From: Ylistrum balloti
Lineage: Eukaryota
Length of the DNA: 64,000 bases
Assembly (NCBI RefSeq): GCF_031769215.1
Contig: NW_026782003.1
Coordinates: 4,030,001-4,094,000, forward strand
Reading direction: 5' to 3'
The translations under genes were made by a program, and so were the position numbers. The notes beneath the pieces are model-generated. The model was given only the letters and a program-made list of their open reading frames with translations, was not told the DNA's origin and made no database searches. Below, in pieces: positions 33,416-44,311 of the stretch (positions are counted from its first letter, which is position 1; each line of letters starts with the position of its first letter).

Positions 33416-34783
33416 ATGAGAAGACTTAATATAAACGCTGCCCGGAAGTATATCTTCAAATTTCGTGTTTTATTTCCTGTGATAGGAATTCTCATCTTAT
33501 ATTTTGTATACAAAAGTGAAATCAAAAGCACAACTATTCCATATTCGGGACAGCTTCCAACGCAAAAGCATGTTATCACAGAATATAACAGGTATATGAC
33601 TACTTTCCAAACGAATCATGCAAACAATTCTGTCCCTAAGGAACGAGGCGACCTGCAACAAAATGGTGACCGGAAGGAGACTGGAAACCAAGATATTAGA
33701 GAAGTTAAGCTAGTCGCAAATGATGAACGGATCGCTATGCCGGAAGATAATGTCGAGGATGAAAGATATCCGGGCACATTTTCCCCTAGTGAATATCCAT
33801 CTGCTGTCAACTTAACCGGGATTTTAAACCAGTACGATATGAAAGGTTATTCGGATGAACAGCCAGTTAATGATATTCATTATAGGTATTTTGTTAATCC
33901 CAGGCACATTTGTAATGTTTCCAGCGACATCAAAGTGTTATTTATTGTGAAAAGTAGCCCATGGCACACATCAGCTCGGCAAACCATCCGAGAAACTTGG
34001 GCAAACACAAAACGGTTTCCATCAATACGGATTATCTTCTCTTTCGGAACTCCAAAACAAAGTAAAAGACTTGAAGCCTTACTGGAGGAGTCCTCTACTC
34101 ACAAGGACATCCTCATCGTGAAAAATTACATTGACAATTATTACAATTTGACCTTGAAGACTGTTAGTGGTTTAAAATGGGCGGTAACCCACTGCGCACG
34201 CGCCTCGTATGTAGTGTCTGTTGATGACGATATTTACGTCGCACCTGATTTGCTGCTTAGATTTCTTCACAGACCACAGATTCGGAAAATTCATAAATTC
34301 TTCTCCGGTCATCTCTTAATAGGTACAAAACCTATAAGGAATCCTAAGGATAAATGGGCCATTTCCTTATCCGAATATCCCTTTCAGAACTATCCGAATT
34401 ATATATTCGGAGGCTTTGTTATTATGTCAATGTCTACAGTGAAATCATTTACCATAGCAGCACAGTATACCAAGTTATTCAAATTTGAGGATGTGTATTT
34501 GGGGATTTTAGCAGCTAAACTTGGAATAGAAGCCACTAATAATGGGTATGTTAACTCTAGGAAAACATTCACTGTTTCTGAATCATTTAGGACAATCATT
34601 GCTTCTCATTTTTACAGCGATCCAAAAGAATTACAAAGAGCATGGGACTGTCATTTGAGTATATTGGACAAAAGTGACGAGAAATCAATTTTTTGTGACT
34701 ATATTGGCAAACGCTTAAAGAAGCTGAAGTCAGAAATAGACAGTATAGTTAGCTGGATGGAAAATGTCAAGTTCAACTCATAG
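33416..34783 (+). CDS. GT31 beta-1,3-glycosyltransferase (B3GALT/brainiac-like), paralogue 1, 455 aa, short stem
   Basis: Type II signal anchor VLFPVIGILILYFVY; VKSS, RQTIRETW, DNYYNLTLKT, VDDD (DxD), YPNYIFGG, FEDVYLG. Single coding exon; acceptor-like ccttcag at 33388 just upstream. Confidence 0.95.
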   Translation: MRRLNINAARKYIFKFRVLFPVIGILILYFVYKSEIKSTTIPYSGQLPTQKHVITEYNRYMTTFQTNHANNSVPKERGDLQQNGDRKETGNQDIREVKLVANDERIAMPEDNVEDERYPGTFSPSEYPSAVNLTGILNQYDMKGYSDEQPVNDIHYRYFVNPRHICNVSSDIKVLFIVKSSPWHTSARQTIRETWANTKRFPSIRIIFSFGTPKQSKRLEALLEESSTHKDILIVKNYIDNYYNLTLKTVSGLKWAVTHCARASYVVSVDDDIYVAPDLLLRFLHRPQIRKIHKFFSGHLLIGTKPIRNPKDKWAISLSEYPFQNYPNYIFGGFVIMSMSTVKSFTIAAQYTKLFKFEDVYLGILAAKLGIEATNNGYVNSRKTFTVSESFRTIIASHFYSDPKELQRAWDCHLSILDKSDEKSIFCDYIGKRLKKLKSEIDSIVSWMENVKFNS

Positions 34784-34874
34784 GTACAGAAGTTTGAGTA
34801 TAATCATTTAATTAGATGTTGATAACGTTAATATATACCAGTGGTAGACAGTGCCTTAAAACTACACGTTAAAT

Positions 34875-35335
34875 ATTTATAACGTTAACGTCACCAGGTA
34901 GACCTAACTACACCATATTTATAACGTTAACGTCACCAGGTAGACCTAACTACACCATATTTACAACGTTAACGTCACCACCGCATTGTGTAGACCGGAT
35001 TTATTACTTACACTGTATTTATTACATATTTATAATTAACGTAGTCCTACTACAGCCTATTATTAACGTAAACGTCACCAGGTAGACCTAACTACACCAT
35101 ATTTATAACGTTAACGTCACCAGGTAGACCTAACTACACCATATTTATAACGTTAACGTCACCAGGTAGACCTAACTACACCATATTTATAACGTTAACG
35201 TCACCAGGAAGTCCTAACTACAGCCTATTATTAACGTAAACGTCACCAGGTAGACCTAACTATACCATATTTATAACGTTTAAGTCACCAAGTAGATCTA
35301 CAGAATATTGATAACTTTAACATCACCAGGTAGGT
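34875..35335. repeat. 42-bp minisatellite with palindromic ACGTTAACGT core, directly after GT31 gene 1
   Basis: Unit atttataacgttaacgtcaccaggtagacctaactacaccat, interrupted at ~34980-35040. Confidence 0.9.
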
Positions 35336-35869
35336 AGATACACAGATCATTTGTACAATATATTTATGACTGAATACCACCAGTTTGATATATTAATTCA
35401 GCAGCTTTAGTGAGTGTACAAGCAGATCCAGATATGTTCTCAATATCTTGATAACAGTTTTTTGTTTCCATTTACGACGGAAGTTCTTGTCTTCTAACAT
35501 CGACATTAGATATTTGTTGTTTTATCGTAAATTTTCTTACTAGTCCAAGACGTTCTCAGGGAGATAACTCTGAATTGTTTGTGCGAAATGTGTAGTTATT
35601 AGGGAGATACATTCAGCTAGTGATTAATAAACACAAATGGCGACCAACATAGATGCAAATTTATTGTTTTATTATTTAATTTATTTTATTATTTATTCAT
35701 CAAGGAAAAAAATTATTTCACATATCTAGATGTTGTTTTTGGGACAAACTCCCTTGGGAACATCGATTTTTTTATTATCACTTTATACGAACGTTTATAG
35801 ACATTTTTAATTAAAGACTACCGTGACGAAGCATTACATATTCAACAAACCTCCCTCATAAAGTCATAT

Positions 35870-36085
35870 CATCCACACTGATGACGTGCTATTTCATATA
35901 CTATTGACCTCACTGATGACGTGTAATCCATATACTATAAACCTTCATGATGACATTATATTGTATAAAATGTATAGCTTTCCCTAATGACGTACTATCA
36001 TTTATATACTATAATATGATATAATCTCCCTGATGATGTGACATCGTTATGTAGAATTGATGCAGATCTCGCTGATGACGAAATA
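35870..36085. repeat. degenerate ~36-42-bp repeat with ctgatgacgt cores, paralogous to 40330-40640
   Basis: ctgatgacgt at ~35878 and ~35913, with decayed copies at ~35949, 35986, 36031 and 36072. Confidence 0.65.
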
Positions 36086-37720
36086 TTGTACTGCATGTTT
36101 TGGTGTTAATAATGTTAATATGTCTACAGACGGTATTAAGGACAAAAAGTTACAGGAGACGTCTATCTCGCTAGTTTATACCATAACAACTTTTAGTCAC
36201 AGCCCTTGAACACAACAGTTGCACAACTAAACAGAAACCAAAAACACCGCTTTCTAATTTCAAAATACTGATTGCTTGAATACTTTTTCTTTAATGACAA
36301 GAGAAAAGTGTTTCAATACTTGTATGAGTAGACACTGGATTCTAGATATGAGGTTTCCGGTCAAGATCAAACAAATACTTTTCAATTAACAATATAACTC
36401 GATCTCAACTGGATGAGCTCGTCTGTTCCTCAAGGACGTTATAATTGTAAGGTTTCAATGCTCGTTATCAGCCTGATTATTGTCGAGTGAAAAACATTCA
36501 CAGAACAATTCATATCATTTCATTTCATGAAAGTAAAACTTCTCTAGAATAAATAATTGTATTTCTAAGTCATGTAAAGACATGTCTATGGCATCTTTAT
36601 ACTATTTAAAGACAATATGTCTGAAAGAGGTGTTAGATATAGGACTGACATAACACGAGCATTGATATCTTATTTTGGAAGCTAGTACAACTAATTCATG
36701 TAAAATTATAATTTTATCTAAAATTTGTCGATTTACGATAACAAAAAAAATCGTCACCTCCTAAAATTAATTTGAATTTTTACAAAAATAGATCAGAATG
36801 AATGCCGAGTGTAAATTTAGGAAATAAAATAAACCAAAACAAAATTTATTTACTTTCGTCGATGCCCCGAATTTTATCGCCTTGTATGTAAAGATTCCAT
36901 GGAAATGTAGAATAGAATCATAATAAACGTGCTAGGGATAGGATTCCTCGCCGAATGCTTTTTTCTTACCATAACTTTATCACTTGCGGGAAAAGTTCAT
37001 TTCACCATTTTTATAAGCGATAGAACACAACATAACAAACAATGACCTAAATACCCAAGGGTATTGCATTTTCCTTTGTTTAAAAAATCATTTTAAAAGT
37101 CTATCATATCGATCTCAACATTAAAATAAGGGACATGACTCTGAAATGTGGCCTTTTATCTAAACTCACTATAGCATCAATCTATCAATCAATATTATAT
37201 GTATCGATCTCAAAATGTGGCCTACCATAGTCAAGGTATCAAATAGACACAATTTAACATTTCCGTTAATCTAAAATATTCACAAATAATTCTTATGGCA
37301 GTATAGCTGTTTGACCTAAGCCATTGGACGACACCGAAGCTACTCATACTCGAGTCATGGTGAAAGAAATACGTAACAAATACTATACAGATATCAGTCC
37401 TTTCTTGTCCCGTCTCATATTTAAAATATAATATATATATGGGTGTAAGTACTACCATAGTATAGAGAGTTAGATATTTAAACCTTAAATGGTTGTCTTT
37501 GTTGTCCAATATAATTGCTGTGTAAAAACTATGTCGGATCACGTTATGTCGTCTTTAAGAAATTTTTATCCTTTGAATTTGATGAATTTGTATTTAAAGT
37601 ACAGTTACGTGACAAAAAATATTTAAAGACCTGAACACAAGTTGGAGTACTTTTAACTGGACAAACACGACAGAGTATAGTTTATTTTTACAGAACAAAC
37701 CTTCAGAAATCAAAAGAATT

Positions 37721-38410
37721 ATGCAGAAACTAAGAGCACTTATTTTGCCCTGGGAACACACCTGGAAAATTTGTTTATTATTTGTGCTAATTGGAATGTG
37801 TATTGTGCTCTACCTTTCTACGCTGAATGAGAAGAATATTTACCAAACTTCCAGAGTTTATTTTCAAAGGAAACACGTACAATTAATTGGAGCAAAGAAA
37901 GAAGAAAACATTTTAAAACGTTTAAGAAGAAATAGTTTTCCAGCTAAGAATAACCGAAGGTCAGATTCGAACAATTTTCGGAAGAAACAAGAGAAACAGG
38001 ACAAAATATCATTCAACCAGAAACACGCAAATCAGAGCAAAGCAGGGTCAAAGTTCACACCTGATGGCTATCCTATGTATGTAAACATGATTGACATCGT
38101 AAGACAATATGAAATGAAAGGCTACGCTGATCAACAACCTATCAACTATTTTGATTATAGTTATACCAACAACCCCAATCATACATGTGACCAATCGGGA
38201 AAGATACAATTGCTGGTCATAGTAAAGAGTAGCCCGGATCACAAAAACAGGCGAATAAAAATTCGTGAAACTTGGGCTAGCAGAAAACGGTTTCCAGCGG
38301 TTTGTAAGTTGCAATTCAGTTTTGTGTTTCTTGTAAAACGTCATATCGACAGAGGGAATAAAATGAATATTGTGCTGGAGTCATCGTGTATACCTAGGGA
38401 ACATTTATAA
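37721..38410 (+). pseudogene. 3'-truncated GT31 paralogue 2: TM, short stem and start of the catalytic domain only
   Basis: Homologous to gene 3 up to RIKIRETWASRKRFPA (38299), then unrelated sequence to a stop at 38410. Lacks the NLTLKT, DxD and EDV motifs. A GTAAGT at 38304 coincides with the break. Confidence 0.8.
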
Positions 38411-39445
38411 CATTACCGTCACCACGTAGATTTTCATAATATATAAGTATAACGTCATCATGTTTACTTACTGAATATTTTAATGTTAAAATCACCAAAC
38501 AGATTTACACAATATTTATATCTATAACGTTAATGTCATCAGGCAGAATTACAGAACATTTATAACGATAGGTCGCTAGTTAGGTGTACAGAATATGAAT
38601 AAAGTTAACGTCGTCAGTTAGGTTTACAGAATATGGATAACGTTAACGTCGCCAGTTAGGTGTACGAAACATGGATAACGTTAATGTCGCCAGTTAGGTT
38701 TACAGAATATGGATAACGTTAACGTCGCCATGAATAACGTTAACGTTGTGTTAGGAAACATGGATAACGTTAATGTCGCCAGTTAGGTTTACAGAATATG
38801 GATAACGTTAACGTCGCCAGTTAGGTGTACGAAACATGGATAACGTTAATGTCGCCAGTTAGGATTACACAACATGGATAACGTTAACGTTGTAAGTTAG
38901 GTTTACAGAACATGAATAACGTTAACGTTGTAAGTTAGGTTTACAGAATATGGATAACGTTAACGTCGCCAGTTAGGTTTACAGAACATGGATAAAGTTA
39001 ACGTCGCCAGTTAGGATTACACAACATGGATAACGTTAACGTCACCAGTTAGGTGTACTAAACATGGGTAACGTTAATGTCGTCAGTTAGATTTACAGAA
39101 CATGAATAACGTTAACGTTGTAAGTTAGGTTTACAGAACATGGATAACGTTAACGTCGCCAGTTAGGTTTACAGAACATGGATAGCGTTAACGTCGTCAG
39201 TTAGGTTTATAGAACATGGATAACGTTATTGTCGCCAGTTAGGTTTACAGAACATGGATAACGTTAACGTCGCCAGTTAGGTTTACAGAACATGGATAAC
39301 GTTAACGTCGCCAGTTAGGTTTACAGAACATGGATAACGTTAACGTCGCCAGTTAGGTTTACAGAACATGAATAACGTTAACGTCGTCAGTTAGGTTTAC
39401 ACAACATGAATAACGTTAATTTCGCCAGTTAGGTTTACAGAACTT
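38400..39445. repeat. 38-bp minisatellite, ~27 copies, same family as 34875-35335
   Basis: Unit gataacgttaacgtcgccagttaggtttacagaacatg shares ataacgttaacgtcRccagKtag with the 42-bp unit. Confidence 0.95.
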
Positions 39446-40329
39446 GAACTATTCACGCAGCAATTTTTAGTGAGTTTGCAGACATATCGAGATATGATTT
39501 CAATACCTTGATACAAGTTAGTTGTTTTTATTAATGACAAACGTCTATTTTTCTAAGCTCGACAATGAGTATGTGTTTTTGTATTGTCAATTTTCTTGCT
39601 CTTCCTGGCGTTTTCAGGGACATAACTATTAACTGAATCAAGTGTGCGCATGTGTAGCTATAATGGAATTGCATTGATCTAATAATTTATCTATCAGTTT
39701 ACTGGCTATATGTATATATATCTGCTCATTACTTAGTATTGTTATTTATTTGTATACCTACATATATTCATTATTTAATAGCTATTATGTAGTGTATACC
39801 TAGATCTATTCAGTTACGTGAATTAAATGTATAAGCTCATTGTTTTTGTATTGACAATTGGCTTCCTTTGAACAATAGAATATCAGACGGAAACAGTAGT
39901 ATCCAGGCAGTATCACTGGCCACCTCCATTAACCTGATAATAATCACAACAACGGTGAACAACTGAGAGAAGATTGTACAAGAATCATCAGTAAACAGTA
40001 CCTTTTATACTAGTCTGGAGATGTATACAGTAGCTCTAGGACTCGTCAGTGATACGAAGGGCCTATTTTCATAACGTAGGAGTCGATATGAAAAATGCAA
40101 ACTAATTAAAAGAAATGAAAAACGTAAGATGGGGAGGTCCACTAGCCCCATGATTCAATAAATATAATATTCTGATTATTTTTTCATAATGCCATTCTGA
40201 ACTATGGAACTATCCGAATGAAAGTCCCGGTGAAGCTTTGCACATAAAGTATATTGTCTTTTATACAAGGTGTACTATAGACCTCCGTGACATAATATTA
40301 GTATATACACTATACTTCCTTGTTTTCAA

Positions 40330-40640
40330 AATATTGTTTTATACACTACAGACCTCCCCGAAGACGTAATATTATTCTATATACTATAAACCTCCCTGAT
40401 GACGTGATATTATTTCATATATCAAAGACCTCTCTGATGACGTGATATTTTTTCTTATATTATAAACCTCCCTGATGACGTAATATTATTTTATATATTA
40501 TAGACCTCCTTGATGACGTAATATTATTTCATATATTATATACTTCCCCTATGTCATAATATTGTTTCATCTTATATATACCTCCGTGGTGACATAATGC
40601 TATCTTATGTACAATTGACTTTTGCTGACGTCACATTATC
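40330..40640. repeat. 38-bp-period degenerate repeat carrying TGACGT cores
   Basis: TGACGTGA at 40400 and 40438, TGACGTAA at 40476 and 40514, TGACGTCA at 40626. Confidence 0.8.
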
Positions 40641-42274
40641 AACAGATAGATAAAAAAATATGTTACTTTAAGAGCTTAATAACACGTGCTATGTCTTTTT
40701 TATCATTATTATCAATTCAGTTAATCGTATATTGGTGTTAGAGACAATCTGACTACAGCTGATATCAAGCACACAAAGTCGCAGGAGATGTACATGGTTT
40801 CTACCATTCCAAGCATTTTTTTTGTTAATGTACTTGCACACAACATTTGCACTATTAACTGAAAACAACACATTCTTATTGTTTTAAGATCCTTTCTTGA
40901 GTAACAAATATAAAAATGTGAAATAATTATAAAAGTAGGCACTTGATCGAAGGCATGAGGTTTTCGACCAAAAGCAAACAAATGCTTTGTTTGTTTTTCA
41001 ATACACAATACTGCTCGGTCTCAACTGGATGAACAAGCCTACTAGCAAAGCACAATATATAAGGTTGTATTACCAATTATCGGTCAAAGTACAAATAACT
41101 CACAGAACAACTTAATTATCTATATCATTACACTTTAGAATTTACAAAACAGACTTCTCTATAATACATAAAGTGTTTATTTAATAGCATGCAGAGATAT
41201 GTTTATGGTATCCTAATACTACATGTATTTACAGACAACGTATAAATAGGGATAGAGACGTTAGCTATAGGACAGACATGAATGAGCATTGATAGCCCCG
41301 CTAGCCCAGTCACCAAGTATAAAACTATAACCAGATTTAAAATTTGCCAATTCAAGACCAAACGTCGTATTCAATTAAATTGTTATGATTATGAGAAAAT
41401 TCGAAATAAATGCGTCGTATAAAAATTAAGGTGACTTCCCGGTGTGGTCTATTTAGAAAATCTGCATAATTGCATTCTCAGACTAATCAAGAGCTTCTAA
41501 CGTCATTTAGAAAAACAATAATATCTTAAACTGATTTAGCGTTTATTTCGTCTATATATAATCGTGTTGCATAAAAGGAATCAACGGACATGTAGAATCA
41601 TAAATGGGTATGAAATTTCTTTTCAGAGCCTTGTTTCTCACTAAAACTTTACATCATTTGGAAGAAATACCACACAACTGTTCTTACACATGACTGAACA
41701 TTTTCACGAGGAACACATGTAACTTTCACACGCAAAAGTGGGTGAAACAATGTCAACATAACAACTAATGATGTAAATATAGTGGGCTTTGTTTGCTTAC
41801 TTGTTAAATTGATTTCAACAGTGTCGCCTACCATAGTCAGAGGGTTGAATAGACTACAGGACATTTATCGTAAAATCAATGGTATAATAACAAGTCATTC
41901 TTTTTATAGTACAATAGTTTGTATTCGACTCATGATCATAGAAATACGTTACACATACTATATAAATGCCAATACTCCGTTGCGCCGTCTTCTATTTAAA
42001 AATAAAATCACTTGTGAATGTACGTACAACCTTAGTATGCGGAGTTAAATATTTAAACCTTTAAGGGTTGACATTGTTGTTCGATATAACTGCTGACACT
42101 AACTCTGTTGGATCACGTTTTGCATTCTTTAGAAACTCTTCACCATTTGAGTATTTTTATTTATAGTCAATGTGTATGACGACAACATTTAAAGAACTTA
42201 ATACAACTCGGAACATTTACAACAAGTCAAACAGAACAGAGTATAGTTGATTTTCGAAAAGCAAATCTTCAGAC

Positions 42275-44311
42275 ATGGGAAGACCCAAACATAAATTAAG
42301 AACTTTAATGTTGCTCTGGAAACACATGTGGAAAGTTTGTTCTGTGTTAGTGCTGATTGGAATGTTTATCATGGTCTACCTTTCTACAACGAATGACAAC
42401 AAGATGGACCAAACGTCGGGAGTTAATTTTCAAAGGAGACATGTACAACAATTTGAAACAAATAATTTAAAAAGAAATAATCCGTCAAGGTTTTCAGTTA
42501 GGAAAAAACGACGGATGGATTCGAAAGATACTTTGGAGAAACAGTACAACATGTCACCTAATCTTAAAACTGCTAATCAGGGAAATAAAGAAATCAACAA
42601 TCGTGATCGCGCTAAAAAACAGAAGGAGGATGCAAGATACGAACATTTTCCTCGTCAAGACAGAGATATTGATCATCAAGGAGATACCGCTAACGAGAAT
42701 CTCTATCGAGGTGAACAGCTGGAAAATCTACAAAAGGACGAACAAGAAAATATCAATCAGGACGAACAAGGAAATCTCAAAAAGGATGAACAAGAAAACA
42801 TCAAAAAGGACGAACAAGAAAATATAAAAAAGGATGAACAAGAATACGTCATTCAGGACGAAGAAGAGAATCTCAAAAATGACAAGCAAGTAAAGAGCAA
42901 TCAAGAAGAACAAGAAAATCTCAAAAAGGGCGAACAGGAAAACATCAAAAATGACGAACAAGAAAATCTCAAAAAAGACGAGCAAGGAAATGTCAAAAAG
43001 GACGAGGAAGGAAATCTCAAAAAGGACGAGGAAGGAAATGTCAAACACGAAGAACAAGAAAATATCAAAAAAAGTGAACAAGAAAATCTCAAAAAGAGTG
43101 AACAGGAAAACATCAAAAATGACGAACAAGAAAATCTCAAAAAGGACGAACAAGAAAATCTCAAAAAGGACGAGCAAAGAAATGTCAAAAAGGACGAGGA
43201 AGAAAATGTCAAACACGAAGAACAAGAAAATATCAAAAAGGGTGAACAAGAAAATCTCAAAAAGGGCGAACAAAATGATTTAAATTATCAAAGCAAAGTA
43301 GGAGCAAAATTTACACCTGATGGCTATCCCATGTATGTAAACATGAGTGACATCGTAAGACAATATGAAATGAGAGGCTACGCTGCTCAACAACCTATCA
43401 ACTCTTTCAATTATAAATATAACATCAACCCCACTCATACATGTGACCAATCGGATAAAATAAAATTGCTGTTCATAGTAAAGAGTAGCCCGAAACACAA
43501 TGACAGGCGAATAAAAATTCGTGAAACTTGGGCTAACAGGAAACGATTTCCAGCGATAAGGACTGTTTTCTCAATTGGAATTCCAGGAAGTGGGACAACA
43601 TTATTAGATTTACAGGACGAATCAGTTACATATAAAGATATACTCCAAGTGCATTATCTTGATAACTATTACAACCTTACCCTGAAGACAATTACTGGAT
43701 TAAAATGGGCAGTGACTAACTGTGAACGTGTCCCATATGTGTTATCCGTAGACGACGACATGTATGTTGCAACCGATTTGCTGCTTAATTTTCTCTATAG
43801 ACCAAATGTACGCAAAATAAATGCTCTCTTCTCTGGTCATCTTTTGGTCAATACAAAGCCCATTCGTAGCGATCATTCTAAATGGTTTTTGGAGAAGTCT
43901 GAATACCCCTTTCAGAACTATCCGAATTATATATTCGGAGGATTTGTTATTATGTCAATGTCTACAGTGAAATCATTTACCATAGCAGCACAGTATACCA
44001 AGTTATTGAAATTTGAGGATGTGTATTTGGGGATTTTAGCAGCTAAACTTGGAATAGAAGCCACTAATAATGGGTATGTTAACTCTATGAAAACATTCAC
44101 CTCTTCGGAATCATTTAAAACACTCATTGCCTCCCATTTTTACAGCGATCCAAAAGAATTACAAAGAGCATGGGATTGCCATTTAAGTACAGTTGACGAT
44201 GACGATGACAAAGCCATTTTCTGTGATTTTATCGGTGATCGTCTACGCAAAATACAATATGAAATTAATAGCATAGTTGGATGGCTTGAAACCGTTAAAT
44301 CTCGGTCATAG
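42275..44311 (+). CDS. GT31 paralogue 3, 678 aa, stem with 23 copies of an 8-aa ENLKKDEQ-type repeat
   Basis: TM VCSVLVLIGMFIMVYL; 24-bp repeats at 42722-43273; VKSS, RIKIRETW, DNYYNLTLKT, VDDD, YPNYIFGG, FEDVYLG. Confidence 0.95.
   Translation: MGRPKHKLRTLMLLWKHMWKVCSVLVLIGMFIMVYLSTTNDNKMDQTSGVNFQRRHVQQFETNNLKRNNPSRFSVRKKRRMDSKDTLEKQYNMSPNLKTANQGNKEINNRDRAKKQKEDARYEHFPRQDRDIDHQGDTANENLYRGEQLENLQKDEQENINQDEQGNLKKDEQENIKKDEQENIKKDEQEYVIQDEEENLKNDKQVKSNQEEQENLKKGEQENIKNDEQENLKKDEQGNVKKDEEGNLKKDEEGNVKHEEQENIKKSEQENLKKSEQENIKNDEQENLKKDEQENLKKDEQRNVKKDEEENVKHEEQENIKKGEQENLKKGEQNDLNYQSKVGAKFTPDGYPMYVNMSDIVRQYEMRGYAAQQPINSFNYKYNINPTHTCDQSDKIKLLFIVKSSPKHNDRRIKIRETWANRKRFPAIRTVFSIGIPGSGTTLLDLQDESVTYKDILQVHYLDNYYNLTLKTITGLKWAVTNCERVPYVLSVDDDMYVATDLLLNFLYRPNVRKINALFSGHLLVNTKPIRSDHSKWFLEKSEYPFQNYPNYIFGGFVIMSMSTVKSFTIAAQYTKLLKFEDVYLGILAAKLGIEATNNGYVNSMKTFTSSESFKTLIASHFYSDPKELQRAWDCHLSTVDDDDDKAIFCDFIGDRLRKIQYEINSIVGWLETVKSRS

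Noticed and set aside
42728-43283. Antisense and alternative-frame ORFs (Phe-rich 181 aa, 119 aa, 110 aa)
   Set aside because: Shadows of the 24-bp coding repeat in GT31 gene 3; the same applies to 47752-48189 in gene 4.
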